A stretch of DNA of 64,000 nt from the NCBI RefSeq assembly GCF_048403405.1, contig NZ_CP183136.1; one strand, 5' to 3'. This DNA comes from Escherichia coli. Its GTDB lineage: Bacteria; Pseudomonadota; Gammaproteobacteria; Enterobacterales; Enterobacteriaceae. The notes beneath the pieces were generated by a model. The model saw nothing but the letters and a program-made list of their open reading frames with translations. It did not search any database and was not told where the DNA came from. The position numbers were made by a program, and so were the translations under genes. Position 1 is the stretch's first letter; each line of letters opens with the position of its first letter. Shown here piece after piece: positions 10,960-21,287 of the stretch.

Positions 10960-13587
10960 GTGAATAACCCACTTGAGGCCGTCACTCAGGCGGTTAACTC
11001 CCTCGTCACAGCACTGAAACTGCCTGACGAATCCGCAAAGGCCAATGAAGTTCTGGGCGAAATGAGCTTCCCGCAGTTCAGCCGTCTGCTGCCGTACCGT
11101 GATTACAACCAGGAATCCGGTCTGTTCATGAATGACACCACGATGGGCTTTATGCTGGAAGCCATCCCCATCAATGGGGCGAATGAGTCCATTGTGGAGG
11201 CCCTCGATCACATGCTGCGCACCAAACTGCCGCGCGGTATTCCGTTGTGTATCCATCTGATGTCCAGTCAGCTGGTTGGTGACAGGATTGAATACGGGCT
11301 GCGTGAGTTCTCCTGGTCAGGTGAACAGGCTGAACGGTTTAACGCCATTACCCGGGCCTATTATATGAAAGCGGCAGCGACACAGTTTCCGCTGCCGGAG
11401 GGGATGAATCTGCCCCTGACCCTGCGCCATTACCGGGTGTTTATCTCGTACTGTTCTCCTTCGAAGAAAAAAAGCCGGGCCGACATTCTGGAAATGGAAA
11501 ACCTGGTGAAAATCATCCGGGCGTCGTTACAGGGGGCCAGTATCACCACACAGACGGTGGATGCACAGGCCTTTATCGATATTGTCGGGGAGATGATTAA
11601 CCATAACCCGGACTCCCTGTACCCGAAAAGACGTCAGCTGGACCCGTATTCTGATCTGAATTATCAGTGTGTGGAGGACAGTTTTGATCTGAAAGTCCGG
11701 GCTGATTACCTGACGCTGGGCCTGCGTGAGAACGGCAGGAACAGCACGGCCCGCATCCTGAATTTCCATCTGGCCCGTAACCCGGAAATCGCCTTCCTGT
11801 GGAACGTGGCCGACAACTACAGCAACCTGCTGAACCCGGAACTGTCCATCTCCTGTCCGTTCATCCTGACGCTGACTCTGGTGGTGGAAGACCAGGTGAA
11901 AACCCACAGCGAAGCCAACCTGAAGTACATGGACCTGGAGAAAAAGTCGAAGACCTCCTATGCCAAATGGTTTCCGTCCGTGGAGAAAGAGGCGAAGGAG
12001 TGGGGGGAACTGCGTCAGCGGCTGGGCTCCGGTCAGTCCTCCGTGGTGTCCTACTTCCTCAACATCACAGCATTCTGCAAGGACAATAATGAAACGGCGC
12101 TGGAAGTGGAGCAGGACATCCTGAACAGCTTTCGTAAAAACGGTTTTGAGCTGATTTCACCGCGCTTTAACCACATGCGCAATTTCCTGACCTGCCTGCC
12201 CTTTATGGCCGGGAAAGGGCTGTTTAAACAGTTGAAAGAGGCCGGAGTGGTTCAGCGCGCAGAGAGCTTTAATGTTGCCAACCTGATGCCGTTAGTGGCG
12301 GATAACCCCCTGACACCGGCAGGTCTGCTGGCACCCACCTACCGTAACCAGCTGGCGTTTATCGATATTTTCTTCCGGGGGATGAATAACACCAACTACA
12401 ACATGGCGGTCTGTGGCACCTCCGGGGCCGGTAAAACCGGGCTGATACAGCCACTTATCCGCAGCGTGCTGGACTCCGGAGGCTTTGCCGTGGTGTTCGA
12501 CATGGGGGATGGATACAAGTCCCTGTGTGAGAACATGGGCGGGGTGTATCTGGACGGTGAAACCCTGCGTTTTAACCCGTTTGCGAACATCACCGATATT
12601 GACCAGTCAGCGGAGCGTGTCCGTGACCAGTTGTCAGTGATGGCCAGCCCCAACGGTAACCTGGATGAAGTGCATGAAGGTCTGCTGTTGCAGGCGGTCA
12701 GAGCCTCCTGGCTGGCCAAAGAGAACAGAGCACGTATTGATGACGTGGTGGATTTCCTGAAAAACGCCAGTGACAGCGAGCAGTATGCCGAGTCACCGAC
12801 TATCCGCAGCCGTCTGGACGAAATGATTGTGCTGCTTGACCAGTACACTGCCAACGGCACTTACGGCCAGTATTTTAACTCTGATGAGCCGTCCCTGCGG
12901 GATGACGCAAAAATGGTGGTGCTGGAGCTGGGCGGACTGGAAGACCGTCCGTCACTGCTGGTTGCGGTGATGTTCTCCCTGATTATCTACATCGAGAACA
13001 GGATGTACCGCACGCCGCGTAACCTCAAGAAACTGAACGTTATTGATGAAGGCTGGCGTCTGCTGGACTTCAAAAATCACAAGGTCGGTGAATTTATTGA
13101 GAAAGGCTACCGTACGGCCCGCCGTCATACCGGTGCCTATATCACCATCACACAGAACATCGTCGACTTTGACTCTGATAAGGCCTCCAGTGCTGCCCGC
13201 GCGGCATGGGGTAACTCCTCCTACAAAATTATCCTCAAACAGAGTGCGAAGGAGTTCGCGAAATACAACCAACTGTATCCGGACCAGTTCCTGCCACTGC
13301 AGCGCGACATGATTGGTAAGTTTGGTGCGGCCAAAGACCAGTGGTTCAGTTCCTTCCTGCTGCAGGTGGAAAACCATTCCTCCTGGCACCGTCTGTTTGT
13401 GGACCCGTTAAGCCGCGCCATGTACAGCTCTGACGGCCCGGATTTTGAGTTTGTGCAGCAGAAGCGTAAAGAGGGGCTGAGTATTCATGAGGCAGTGTGG
13501 CAGCTGGCGTGGAAGAAGTCAGGGCCGGAAATGGCTTCGCTGGAAGCCTGGCTGGAAGAACATGAGAAATACAGGAGTGTGGCATGA
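10960..13587 (+). CDS. traC: TraC, VirB4-like ATPase
   Basis: 875-aa ORF with Walker A GTSGAGKTG. Confidence 0.95.
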   Translation: MNNPLEAVTQAVNSLVTALKLPDESAKANEVLGEMSFPQFSRLLPYRDYNQESGLFMNDTTMGFMLEAIPINGANESIVEALDHMLRTKLPRGIPLCIHLMSSQLVGDRIEYGLREFSWSGEQAERFNAITRAYYMKAAATQFPLPEGMNLPLTLRHYRVFISYCSPSKKKSRADILEMENLVKIIRASLQGASITTQTVDAQAFIDIVGEMINHNPDSLYPKRRQLDPYSDLNYQCVEDSFDLKVRADYLTLGLRENGRNSTARILNFHLARNPEIAFLWNVADNYSNLLNPELSISCPFILTLTLVVEDQVKTHSEANLKYMDLEKKSKTSYAKWFPSVEKEAKEWGELRQRLGSGQSSVVSYFLNITAFCKDNNETALEVEQDILNSFRKNGFELISPRFNHMRNFLTCLPFMAGKGLFKQLKEAGVVQRAESFNVANLMPLVADNPLTPAGLLAPTYRNQLAFIDIFFRGMNNTNYNMAVCGTSGAGKTGLIQPLIRSVLDSGGFAVVFDMGDGYKSLCENMGGVYLDGETLRFNPFANITDIDQSAERVRDQLSVMASPNGNLDEVHEGLLLQAVRASWLAKENRARIDDVVDFLKNASDSEQYAESPTIRSRLDEMIVLLDQYTANGTYGQYFNSDEPSLRDDAKMVVLELGGLEDRPSLLVAVMFSLIIYIENRMYRTPRNLKKLNVIDEGWRLLDFKNHKVGEFIEKGYRTARRHTGAYITITQNIVDFDSDKASSAARAAWGNSSYKIILKQSAKEFAKYNQLYPDQFLPLQRDMIGKFGAAKDQWFSSFLLQVENHSSWHRLFVDPLSRAMYSSDGPDFEFVQQKRKEGLSIHEAVWQLAWKKSGPEMASLEAWLEEHEKYRSVA

Positions 13588-13970
13588 GTTCAACGCAGAA
13601 ACCCGCCGACGTCATGGCAGAACGACGCAGCCACTGGTGGTGGACGGTGCCGGGATGCCTGGCAATGGTGTTACTGAACGCAGCCGTCAGTTACGGCATT
13701 GTCAGACTGAACGCACCGGTGACTGTCGCCTTCAACATGAAACAGACCGTGGATGCGTTTTTTGACAGAGCCAGTCAGAAACAACTGTCAGAAGCGCAGT
13801 CAAAAGCCCTTTCAGCGCGTTTTAACACGGCACTGGAAGCCAGCCTGCAGGCGTGGCAGCAGAAACACCACGCGGTCATTCTGGTGTCGCCTGCTGTGGT
13901 ACAGGGGGCACCGGATATCACCCGGGAAATCCAGCAGGATATTGCCCGGCGAATGAGGGCGGAACCATGA
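13584..13970 (+). CDS. trbI: TrbI
   Basis: 128-aa ORF overlapping traC stop. Confidence 0.8.
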   Translation: MSSTQKPADVMAERRSHWWWTVPGCLAMVLLNAAVSYGIVRLNAPVTVAFNMKQTVDAFFDRASQKQLSEAQSKALSARFNTALEASLQAWQQKHHAVILVSPAVVQGAPDITREIQQDIARRMRAEP

Positions 13971-14599
13971 GATGCCGGGGGCTGATTGCCCTGCTGATAT
14001 GGGGGCAGAGTGTGGCCGCCGCCGATCTTGGTACCTGGGGCGATCTGTGGCCGGTAAAGGAGCCGGACATGCTGACGGTGATCATGCAGCGCCTGACGGC
14101 ACTGGAGCAGTCCGGTGAGATGGGCCGGAAAATGGATGCCTTTAAGGAGCGGGTGATCCGCAACAGTCTGCGGCCCCCTGCCGTGCCCGGTATCGGACGC
14201 ACGGAGAAATACGGCAGCCGGTTGTTTGACCCGTCCGTCAGACTGGCTGCGGATATCCGGGATAACGAAGGGCGGGTGTTTGCCCGTCAGGGTGAAGTGA
14301 TGAATCCGCTGCAGTATGTTCCTTTTAACCAGACGCTGTATTTCATCAATGGCGATGATCCGGCGCAGGTGGCCTGGATGAAACGCCAGACGCCGCCCAC
14401 ACTGGAGAGCAAAATTATCCTCGTGCAGGGCAGTATCCCGGAGATGCAGAAGTCTCTGGACAGCCGTGTTTACTTTGACCAGAACGGTGTGCTCTGCCAG
14501 CGCCTCGGCATTGATCAGGTCCCGGCACGGGTGAGCGCCGTTCCCGGCGATCGCTTCCTGAAGGTGGAATTTATTCCGGCAGAGGAGGGCAGAAAATGA
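13967..14599 (+). CDS. traW: TraW
   Basis: MRCRGLIALLIWGQSVAAADLG signal peptide; internal start of ORF 13853..14599. Confidence 0.85.
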   Translation: MRCRGLIALLIWGQSVAAADLGTWGDLWPVKEPDMLTVIMQRLTALEQSGEMGRKMDAFKERVIRNSLRPPAVPGIGRTEKYGSRLFDPSVRLAADIRDNEGRVFARQGEVMNPLQYVPFNQTLYFINGDDPAQVAWMKRQTPPTLESKIILVQGSIPEMQKSLDSRVYFDQNGVLCQRLGIDQVPARVSAVPGDRFLKVEFIPAEEGRK

Positions 14600-15588
14600 A
14601 GCGAAGGCTGTGGCTGCTGATGTTATTCCTTTTCGCCGGTCATGTCCCTGCGGCGTCTGCGGATTCTGCCTGTGAGGGGCGTTTTGTAAACCCGATCACA
14701 GATATCTGCTGGAGCTGTATTTTCCCGCTCTCGCTGGGCAGTATCAAAGTCAGTCAGGGGAAGGTCCCCGACACGGCGAACCCGTCGATGCCCATTCAGA
14801 TTTGTCCGGCACTGCCGCCGCTGTTCAGGCGTATCGGGCTGGCCATTGGTTACTGGGAGCCGATGGCGTTGACGGACGTCACCCGGTCACCGGGATGCAT
14901 GGTGAACCTGGGCTTCAGCCTGCCGGCTTTTGGTAAAACGGCACAGGGAACGGCGAAAAAGGATGAGAAGCAGGTAAATGGGGCGTTCTATCACGTTCAC
15001 TGGTACAAATACCCGCTGACGTACTGGCTGAACATCATCACATCGCTGGGCTGTCTGGAAGGTGGTGACCTGGATATCGCTTATCTTTCTGAAATCGACC
15101 CCACCTGGACGGACAGCAGCCTGACCACCATTCTCAATCCGGAAGCTGTCATCTTTGCCAATCCGATAGCACAGGGAGCCTGCGCAGCAGATGCGATTGC
15201 CAGCGCCTTTAATATGCCTCTCGATGTTCTGTTCTGGTGTGCCGGTTCGCAGGGAAGTATGTACCCGTTCAATGGCTGGGTGAGTAATGAGTCCAGTCCG
15301 TTGCAGTCCTCCCTGCTGGTCAGTGAACGCATGGCGTTCAAGCTGCACCGTCAGGGCATGATTATGGAAACCATCGGGAAAAATAACGCCGTCTGTAATG
15401 AATATCCATCCCCAATCCTGCCCAAAGAACGCTGGCGTTACCAGATGGTGAATATGTACCCGGACAGCGGACAGTGCCACCCGTTCGGGCGCAGTGTGAC
15501 CCGCTGGGAAACCGGGAAAAATCCGCCCAATACAAAGAAAAACTTCGGCTACCTGATGTGGCGTAAACGTAACTGTGTCTTCCTGTGA
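14596..15588 (+). CDS. traU: TraU
   Basis: 330-aa ORF with signal peptide, gene order. Confidence 0.9.
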   Translation: MKRRLWLLMLFLFAGHVPAASADSACEGRFVNPITDICWSCIFPLSLGSIKVSQGKVPDTANPSMPIQICPALPPLFRRIGLAIGYWEPMALTDVTRSPGCMVNLGFSLPAFGKTAQGTAKKDEKQVNGAFYHVHWYKYPLTYWLNIITSLGCLEGGDLDIAYLSEIDPTWTDSSLTTILNPEAVIFANPIAQGACAADAIASAFNMPLDVLFWCAGSQGSMYPFNGWVSNESSPLQSSLLVSERMAFKLHRQGMIMETIGKNNAVCNEYPSPILPKERWRYQMVNMYPDSGQCHPFGRSVTRWETGKNPPNTKKNFGYLMWRKRNCVFL

Positions 15589-15593
15589 GGTGA

Positions 15594-16235
15594 ATGATGA
15601 AGCTGAGTATGAAATCTCTGGCAGCACTGCTGATGATGCTGAACGGGGCGGTTATGGCGTCAGAAAACGTGAACACTCCTGAAAACCGCCAGTTCCTGAA
15701 GCAGCAGGAAAATTTAAGCAGACAACTGCGTGAAAAACCTGACCATCAGCTGAAAGCCTGGGCGGAGAAGCAGGTGCTGGAAACCCCCCTTCAGCGTTCA
15801 GATAACCATTTCCTGGATGAGCTGGTTCGTAAACAGCAGGCTTCGCAGGACGGGAAACCCCGGCAGGGTGCCCTGTATTTTGTGTCGTTTTCCATTCCCG
15901 AAGAGGGGCTGAAACGAATGCTGGGCGAAACCCGGCACTACGGTATACCCGCCACACTGCGGGGCATGGTGAACAATGACCTGAAGACCACCGCTGAAGC
16001 CGTGCTGTCCCTGGTGAAAGACGGCGCGACTGATGGTGTTCAGATCGACCCGACGCTGTTTTCACAGTACGGCATTCGCAGTGTACCGGCACTGGTGGTG
16101 TTCTGCAGTCAGGGATACGACATCATCCGGGGAAACCTGCGGGTCGGCCAGGCGCTGGAGAAAGTGGCCGCCACGGGTGACTGCCGGCAGGTGGCTCATG
16201 ATTTACTGGCAGGGAAAGGAGATTCCGGGAAATGA
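15594..16235 (+). CDS. trbC: TrbC
   Basis: 213-aa ORF with signal peptide. Confidence 0.85.
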   Translation: MMKLSMKSLAALLMMLNGAVMASENVNTPENRQFLKQQENLSRQLREKPDHQLKAWAEKQVLETPLQRSDNHFLDELVRKQQASQDGKPRQGALYFVSFSIPEEGLKRMLGETRHYGIPATLRGMVNNDLKTTAEAVLSLVKDGATDGVQIDPTLFSQYGIRSVPALVVFCSQGYDIIRGNLRVGQALEKVAATGDCRQVAHDLLAGKGDSGK

Positions 16236-18040
16236 AACGTATTTTACCTCTGATACTGGCTCTGGTTGCCGGCATGGCACAGGCTGACAGCAACAGTGAT
16301 TACCGGGCCGGCTCTGATTTTGCTCACCAGATCAAAGGGCAGGGAAGCAGCAGTATTCAGGGCTTTAAGCCACAGGAGAGTATCCCCGGCTATAACGCGA
16401 ATCCGGACGAGACAAAATATTACGGTGGCGTGACTGCCGGCGGGGATGGCGGCCTGAAAAATGACGGCACCACGGAATGGGCGACCGGTGAAACCGGAAA
16501 AACCATCACAGAGTCATTCATGAACAAGCCGAAAGACATTCTTTCACCGGATGCACCGTTTATCCAGACCGGCAGGGATGTGGTGAACCGGGCTGACAGC
16601 ATTGTGGGAAACACCGGGCAGCAGTGCAGTGCGCAGGAGATTAGCCGGAGTGAATACACGAATTACACCTGTGAGAGGGATTTACAGGTGGAGCAGTACT
16701 GCACACGAACTGCCCGTATGGAGCTGCAGGGGAGTACCACATGGGAAACCCGGACGCTGGAGTATGAAATGAGTCAGCTACCTGCACGTGAAGTGAATGG
16801 TCAGTATGTTGTCTCCATTACCTCTCCCGTTACCGGTGAAATTGTCGATGCGCATTACAGCTGGAGTCGTACTTACCTGCAGAAGAGTGTACCTATGACA
16901 ATTACAGTACTGGGAACCCCACTGAGCTGGAATGCCAAATACTCAGCAGATGCCTCATTTACACCAGTACAGAAAACACTGACTGCCGGTGTTGCTTTTA
17001 CGTCATCTCACCCCGTCCGGGTCGGGAATACAAAATTCAAACGTCATACGGCAATGAAGCTGCGTCTGGTTGTCAGGGTAAAAAAAGCCTCGTACACCCC
17101 GTATGTTGTCTGGTCTGAAAGCTGCCCGTTCAGCAAGGAGCTGGGGAAACTGACAAAAACAGAATGTACGGAGGCTGGCGGGAACAGGACGCTGGTGAAA
17201 GACGGTCAGTCATACAGCATGTACCAGAGCTGCTGGGCATACCGGGACACGTATGTCACGCAGTCAGCAGACAAGGGAACCTGTCAGACCTACACCGACA
17301 ATCCTGCCTGTACCCTGGTGTCACACCAGTGTGCCTTTTACTCCGAAGAAGGTGCCTGTCTGCATGAATATGCCACGTACTCCTGTGAGTCAAAAACATC
17401 CGGGAAAGTGATGGTCTGTGGGGGAGACGTCTTCTGTCTCGATGGCGAATGCGATAAGGCTCAGAGCGGGCAGAGTAATGATTTTGCCGAAGCCGTTTCT
17501 CAGCTGGCGGCACTGGCCGCAGCAGGTAAGGATGTTGCGGCGCTGAACGGGGTGGATGTCCGTGCTTTCACCGGTCAGGCGAAATTTTGTAAGAAGGCTG
17601 CAGCCGGATACAGCAACTGCTGTAAGGACAGCGGCTGGGGACAGGATATCGGGCTGGCCAAATGCAGCAGTGATGAAAAGGCCCTGGCTAAAGCAAAATC
17701 AAACAAACTGACCGTCAGCGTCGGGGAGTTCTGTTCGAAGAAAGTGCTGGGTGTCTGTCTGGAGAAAAAACGCAGCTACTGTCAGTTTGATTCGAAGCTG
17801 GCGCAGATAGTCCAGCAGCAGGGGCGCAACGGTCAGTTGCGTATCAGTTTTGGTAGTGCGAAGCATCCTGACTGTCGGGGGATTACGGTTGATGAGCTGC
17901 AGAAAATTCAGTTCAACAGACTGGATTTCACTAACTTCTACGAAGACCTGATGAATAACCAGAAAATCCCGGACAGTGGCGTTCTGACGCAGAAAGTGAA
18001 AGAGCAGATTGCTGACCAGCTGAAACAGGCAGGACAGTAA
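16232..18040 (+). CDS. traN: TraN, mating-pair stabilisation protein
   Basis: 602 aa, cysteine-rich, signal peptide. Confidence 0.9.
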   Translation: MKRILPLILALVAGMAQADSNSDYRAGSDFAHQIKGQGSSSIQGFKPQESIPGYNANPDETKYYGGVTAGGDGGLKNDGTTEWATGETGKTITESFMNKPKDILSPDAPFIQTGRDVVNRADSIVGNTGQQCSAQEISRSEYTNYTCERDLQVEQYCTRTARMELQGSTTWETRTLEYEMSQLPAREVNGQYVVSITSPVTGEIVDAHYSWSRTYLQKSVPMTITVLGTPLSWNAKYSADASFTPVQKTLTAGVAFTSSHPVRVGNTKFKRHTAMKLRLVVRVKKASYTPYVVWSESCPFSKELGKLTKTECTEAGGNRTLVKDGQSYSMYQSCWAYRDTYVTQSADKGTCQTYTDNPACTLVSHQCAFYSEEGACLHEYATYSCESKTSGKVMVCGGDVFCLDGECDKAQSGQSNDFAEAVSQLAALAAAGKDVAALNGVDVRAFTGQAKFCKKAAAGYSNCCKDSGWGQDIGLAKCSSDEKALAKAKSNKLTVSVGEFCSKKVLGVCLEKKRSYCQFDSKLAQIVQQQGRNGQLRISFGSAKHPDCRGITVDELQKIQFNRLDFTNFYEDLMNNQKIPDSGVLTQKVKEQIADQLKQAGQ

Positions 18041-18063
18041 GGTATGGGAAATAACCGGGGGAA

Positions 18064-18324
18064 ATGATGAAAGTCATATTCACGTCGAACCGTTTTATTG
18101 ATTTTCTTATCCGGCTTTTGATTACAGCGATTGTCATTTCTCTGGTAATTATCTGGTCGTGGGATACGGTAAAAGAAACCACGGCAGACGGGATGCTTGC
18201 CGCTGCTTTCGTTATCCTTTACTCCGGTGTGCTCCTGTTTATTCTGTATTTTTGTTTTTCTGCCCTGACTGACCTGCAGAAACCTGATGAAAGAAAAAGT
18301 GATGAAAGGAATGAAGATGAATAA
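18064..18324 (+). CDS. trbE: TrbE
   Basis: 86-aa membrane protein after traN. Confidence 0.75.
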   Translation: MMKVIFTSNRFIDFLIRLLITAIVISLVIIWSWDTVKETTADGMLAAAFVILYSGVLLFILYFCFSALTDLQKPDERKSDERNEDE

Positions 18325-19060
18325 AGCATTACTGCCACTGTTACTCTGCTGCTTTATTTTTCCGGCGTCAGGAAAAGATGCAGGCTGGCAGTGGTATAAC
18401 GAGAAAATAAATCCGAAGGAAAAAGAAAATAAACCTGTACCTGCAGCCCCCCGTCAGGAACCGGATATTATGCAGAAACTGGCCGCACTGCAGACGGCAA
18501 CAAAGCGGGCGCTGTACGAAGCCATTCTGTATCCCGGCGTGGATAATTTTGTGAAATATTTCCGGCTGCAAAATTACTGGACTCAGCAGGCCGGGCTTTT
18601 CACCATGAGCGCCAGAAAGGCCATGCTGGCACATCCTGAACTGGACTATAACCTGCAGTACAGCCATTACAACGGCACGGTACGGAACCAGCTGGCAGCA
18701 GACCAGGCGCAGCAGCGACAGGCCATTGCGAAACTGGCTGAACACTACGGCATCATGTTTTTTTACCGGGGGCAGGACCCCATCGACGGGCAGCTGGCGC
18801 AGGTCATTAATGGCTTCCGGGATACCTATGGTCTGAGTGTTATTCCCGTTTCCGTGGATGGCGTGATTAATCCGCTGTTGCCGGATTCCCGGACTGACCA
18901 GGGGCAGGCGCAGCGCCTCGGCGTGAAATATTTCCCGGCCATGATGCTGGTTGACCCGAAACAGGGTAGTGTTCGTCCGTTATCATACGGTTTTATTTCG
19001 CAGGACGACCTGGCAAAACAGTTCCTGAATGTCTCTGAGGATTTTAAACCGAATTTTTAA
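18317..19060 (+). CDS. traF: TraF, thioredoxin-fold pilus assembly protein
   Basis: MNKALLPLLLCCFIFPASG signal peptide; internal start of ORF 18287..19060. Confidence 0.85.
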   Translation: MNKALLPLLLCCFIFPASGKDAGWQWYNEKINPKEKENKPVPAAPRQEPDIMQKLAALQTATKRALYEAILYPGVDNFVKYFRLQNYWTQQAGLFTMSARKAMLAHPELDYNLQYSHYNGTVRNQLAADQAQQRQAIAKLAEHYGIMFFYRGQDPIDGQLAQVINGFRDTYGLSVIPVSVDGVINPLLPDSRTDQGQAQRLGVKYFPAMMLVDPKQGSVRPLSYGFISQDDLAKQFLNVSEDFKPNF

Positions 19061-19073
19061 CCAAAGGATATAT

Positions 19074-19415
19074 ATGCATACAGGGGATTTGTGTTTTTTT
19101 ACAGGTGCCAGCCTGTTTATCGTGGGGGTTGTTGGTTATTTCTTTACAGGACTAAATAATAAAGGAGTTTATCTACTGAGCTCGTTTGTCTTCTTTGTAG
19201 TAAATGTCATAAGTGTATGTATGCTGCCAGATAATTTCTTGTTTCTTTGTGGTGCGGTTATGAATCAGTGTGCCGTACCGGTTGTTTCAATGGCAGTCAG
19301 CACCATGCCGATTATCACGAAGTTTGACAGTTTCAGAAGGATGTTTATTTGTATTATGTTGTCAGCCATATGGTCTGGAGTGATGTGGTTTTTTATTATT
19401 TCATTAGTGAAATGA
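19074..19415 (+). CDS. trbA: TrbA-like membrane protein
   Basis: Hydrophobic ORF after traF, RBS aaagga before ATG at 19074. Confidence 0.55.
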   Translation: MHTGDLCFFTGASLFIVGVVGYFFTGLNNKGVYLLSSFVFFVVNVISVCMLPDNFLFLCGAVMNQCAVPVVSMAVSTMPIITKFDSFRRMFICIMLSAIWSGVMWFFIISLVK

Positions 19416-19731
19416 CTGGTGCTAATTTGTCATAAATGCCAAATCCAATAGTGAGGTTGATTACCACAGACCAGAGGATAAACCAGACTGCTATCCAGTG
19501 ACTTCTGAATAAATCACAAAAATAAACATAGATGATTAGAAATAGCCATATCACAACAGCGATAATTGCTATAAATAACAGTATCGTCACAAATAAATCA
19601 GCAAAGGTTTTAATGGGGAGAGTGTGCAATAATGAATACACCAGTAAAGCAAAAGCCGCATTACCTGATAATGACTCTCTTATGATGTTTCTCACTATTT
19701 CCAGTTTTTCTTTAAAAGATCGCTTTTCCAT
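19396..19731 (-). CDS. artA: ArtA-like membrane protein, antisense to the tra operon
   Basis: 111-aa hydrophobic ORF on the opposite strand between trbA and traQ, as in F. Confidence 0.5.
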   Translation of the reverse strand: MEKRSFKEKLEIVRNIIRESLSGNAAFALLVYSLLHTLPIKTFADLFVTILLFIAIIAVVIWLFLIIYVYFCDLFRSHWIAVWFILWSVVINLTIGFGIYDKLAPVISLMK

Positions 19732-19811
19732 TTGTACCTCTGACTAATATCACACAAACGCGAATATTACAGACATGAATACTCTCATGTAAATAATAAC
19801 CGGAGTTTAAC

Positions 19812-20096
19812 ATGATAAGTAAACGCAGATTCTCTTTACCCCGGCTTGATATTACGGGAATGTGGGTATTTTCCCTGGGCGTCTGGTTTCATATCGTCGC
19901 CCGTCTTGTTCACAGCAAACCCTGGATGGCTTTTTTTCTGGCGGAGCTGATTGCGGCCATCCTTGTGCTGTTCGGCGCATACCAGGTGCTGGATGCATGG
20001 ATTGCCCGTGTCAGCCGGGAAGAGCGTGAGGCACTGGAAGCCAGGCAACAGGCCATGATGGCAGAGCAGCAGGAGGGCGGACATGTCTCTCACTAA
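19812..20096 (+). CDS. traQ: TraQ, pilin chaperone
   Basis: 94-aa ORF MISKRRFSLPRLDITGMWVF... Confidence 0.85.
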   Translation: MISKRRFSLPRLDITGMWVFSLGVWFHIVARLVHSKPWMAFFLAELIAAILVLFGAYQVLDAWIARVSREEREALEARQQAMMAEQQEGGHVSH

Positions 20097-20637
20097 ATTA
20101 CTGCCGGTTATTCTGTTGATGATGGCCACAGGTGTGCAGGCCTCCACCCGGGATGAAATTGAACGACTCTGGCATCCGCAGGGTATGGCTGCGCAGCCTG
20201 CACAACCGGCAGCAGACACGCCAGCCAGGACAGACAAGACAGAAAAGCCGGCTCCCCGCTGGTTCCGCCTCAGCAACGGCAGGCAGGTTAACCTGGCCGA
20301 CTGGAAGGTGGTGCTGTTTATGCAGGGGCATTGCCCTTACTGTCACCAGTTTGACCCGGTACTGAAGCAGCTGGCACAGCAGTACGGCTTTTCCGTTTTT
20401 CCCTACACTCTGGATGGTCAGGGGGATATGGCCTTTCCGGAAGCATTACCGGTGCCACCGGACGTGATGCAGACCTTCTTCCCGAATATCCCGGTGGCCA
20501 CACCGACCACCTTCCTGGTCAACGTCAACACGCTTGAGGCATTACCGCTTTTACAGGGGGCAACGGATGCCGCCGGTTTTATGGCGCGGATGGATACCGT
20601 TCTGCAGATGTACGGAGGGAAAAAAGGTGCGAAATAA
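20083..20637 (+). CDS. trbB: TrbB, thioredoxin-like disulfide isomerase
   Basis: CPYC motif, signal peptide, 184 aa. Confidence 0.85.
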   Translation: MSLTKLLPVILLMMATGVQASTRDEIERLWHPQGMAAQPAQPAADTPARTDKTEKPAPRWFRLSNGRQVNLADWKVVLFMQGHCPYCHQFDPVLKQLAQQYGFSVFPYTLDGQGDMAFPEALPVPPDVMQTFFPNIPVATPTTFLVNVNTLEALPLLQGATDAAGFMARMDTVLQMYGGKKGAK

Positions 20638-20941
20638 GCAGGTGGTGTTACTCATTGCCGGAATATCCGGCATCGCGACGGGAATAATCGTCAGCCTGAA
20701 TATTCCCTTTATCCGTCAGGGGCTTTTTTATCCCGCCAGTCCTGTAGAAATAGTCGTTTCGCTGTGTCTTACCTTTTCTGTTTCTGTTGTGTTTTTTGTG
20801 GGGGCAATTGTGGGATGGATTTCGGTGTCTGAAATATATTACAGCCGCATGACCGGTCTGAATGAATCATCAGTAATATCAGAGGAAACTTATAATGACA
20901 AAAAACAAAAAGAATCAGGAATTCAAAATCAGAAAAATTAG
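20627..20941 (+). CDS. trbJ: TrbJ
   Basis: GTG start after ggaggg RBS; small membrane protein. Confidence 0.6.
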   Translation: MRNKQVVLLIAGISGIATGIIVSLNIPFIRQGLFYPASPVEIVVSLCLTFSVSVVFFVGAIVGWISVSEIYYSRMTGLNESSVISEETYNDKKQKESGIQNQKN

Positions 20942-21287
20942 ACGGAATATTGAGTATAGTTTCAGAGGTTCTGACAGATATTTTTATTTGTTTATTGTTT
21001 TCCTTGTTGCCGGAATTGTTTTATGGGCTGTTATGCACGTTATTTTCGATGTCTGTATTGATTCGTGGATGGCCGACCCGAAATTACTTAATTTCCAGTA
21101 TATGTGGAATGTTCTGATGAAAGTCATTCCGTTTACGTTATGGGCGCTGGCAGCAAGGTTTCTTGTTACATTTTTTCTGTCCCCAATGTGCGAATTAATA
21201 TTCGGAAATATCATGATATTCCTGCTGAAACGCCGTATGCGCCGGGAGAACACATTAAGGGAGGGCAAGAATGATGCCACGCATTAA
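20895..21287 (+). CDS. trbF: TrbF
   Basis: 130-aa membrane protein before traH. Confidence 0.65.
   Translation: MTKNKKNQEFKIRKIRRNIEYSFRGSDRYFYLFIVFLVAGIVLWAVMHVIFDVCIDSWMADPKLLNFQYMWNVLMKVIPFTLWALAARFLVTFFLSPMCELIFGNIMIFLLKRRMRRENTLREGKNDATH

Noticed and set aside
14887-16092. Long minus-strand ORFs (246 and 146 aa) opposite traU and trbC
   Set aside because: They overlap well-supported plus-strand tra genes, with no RBS or family signal.
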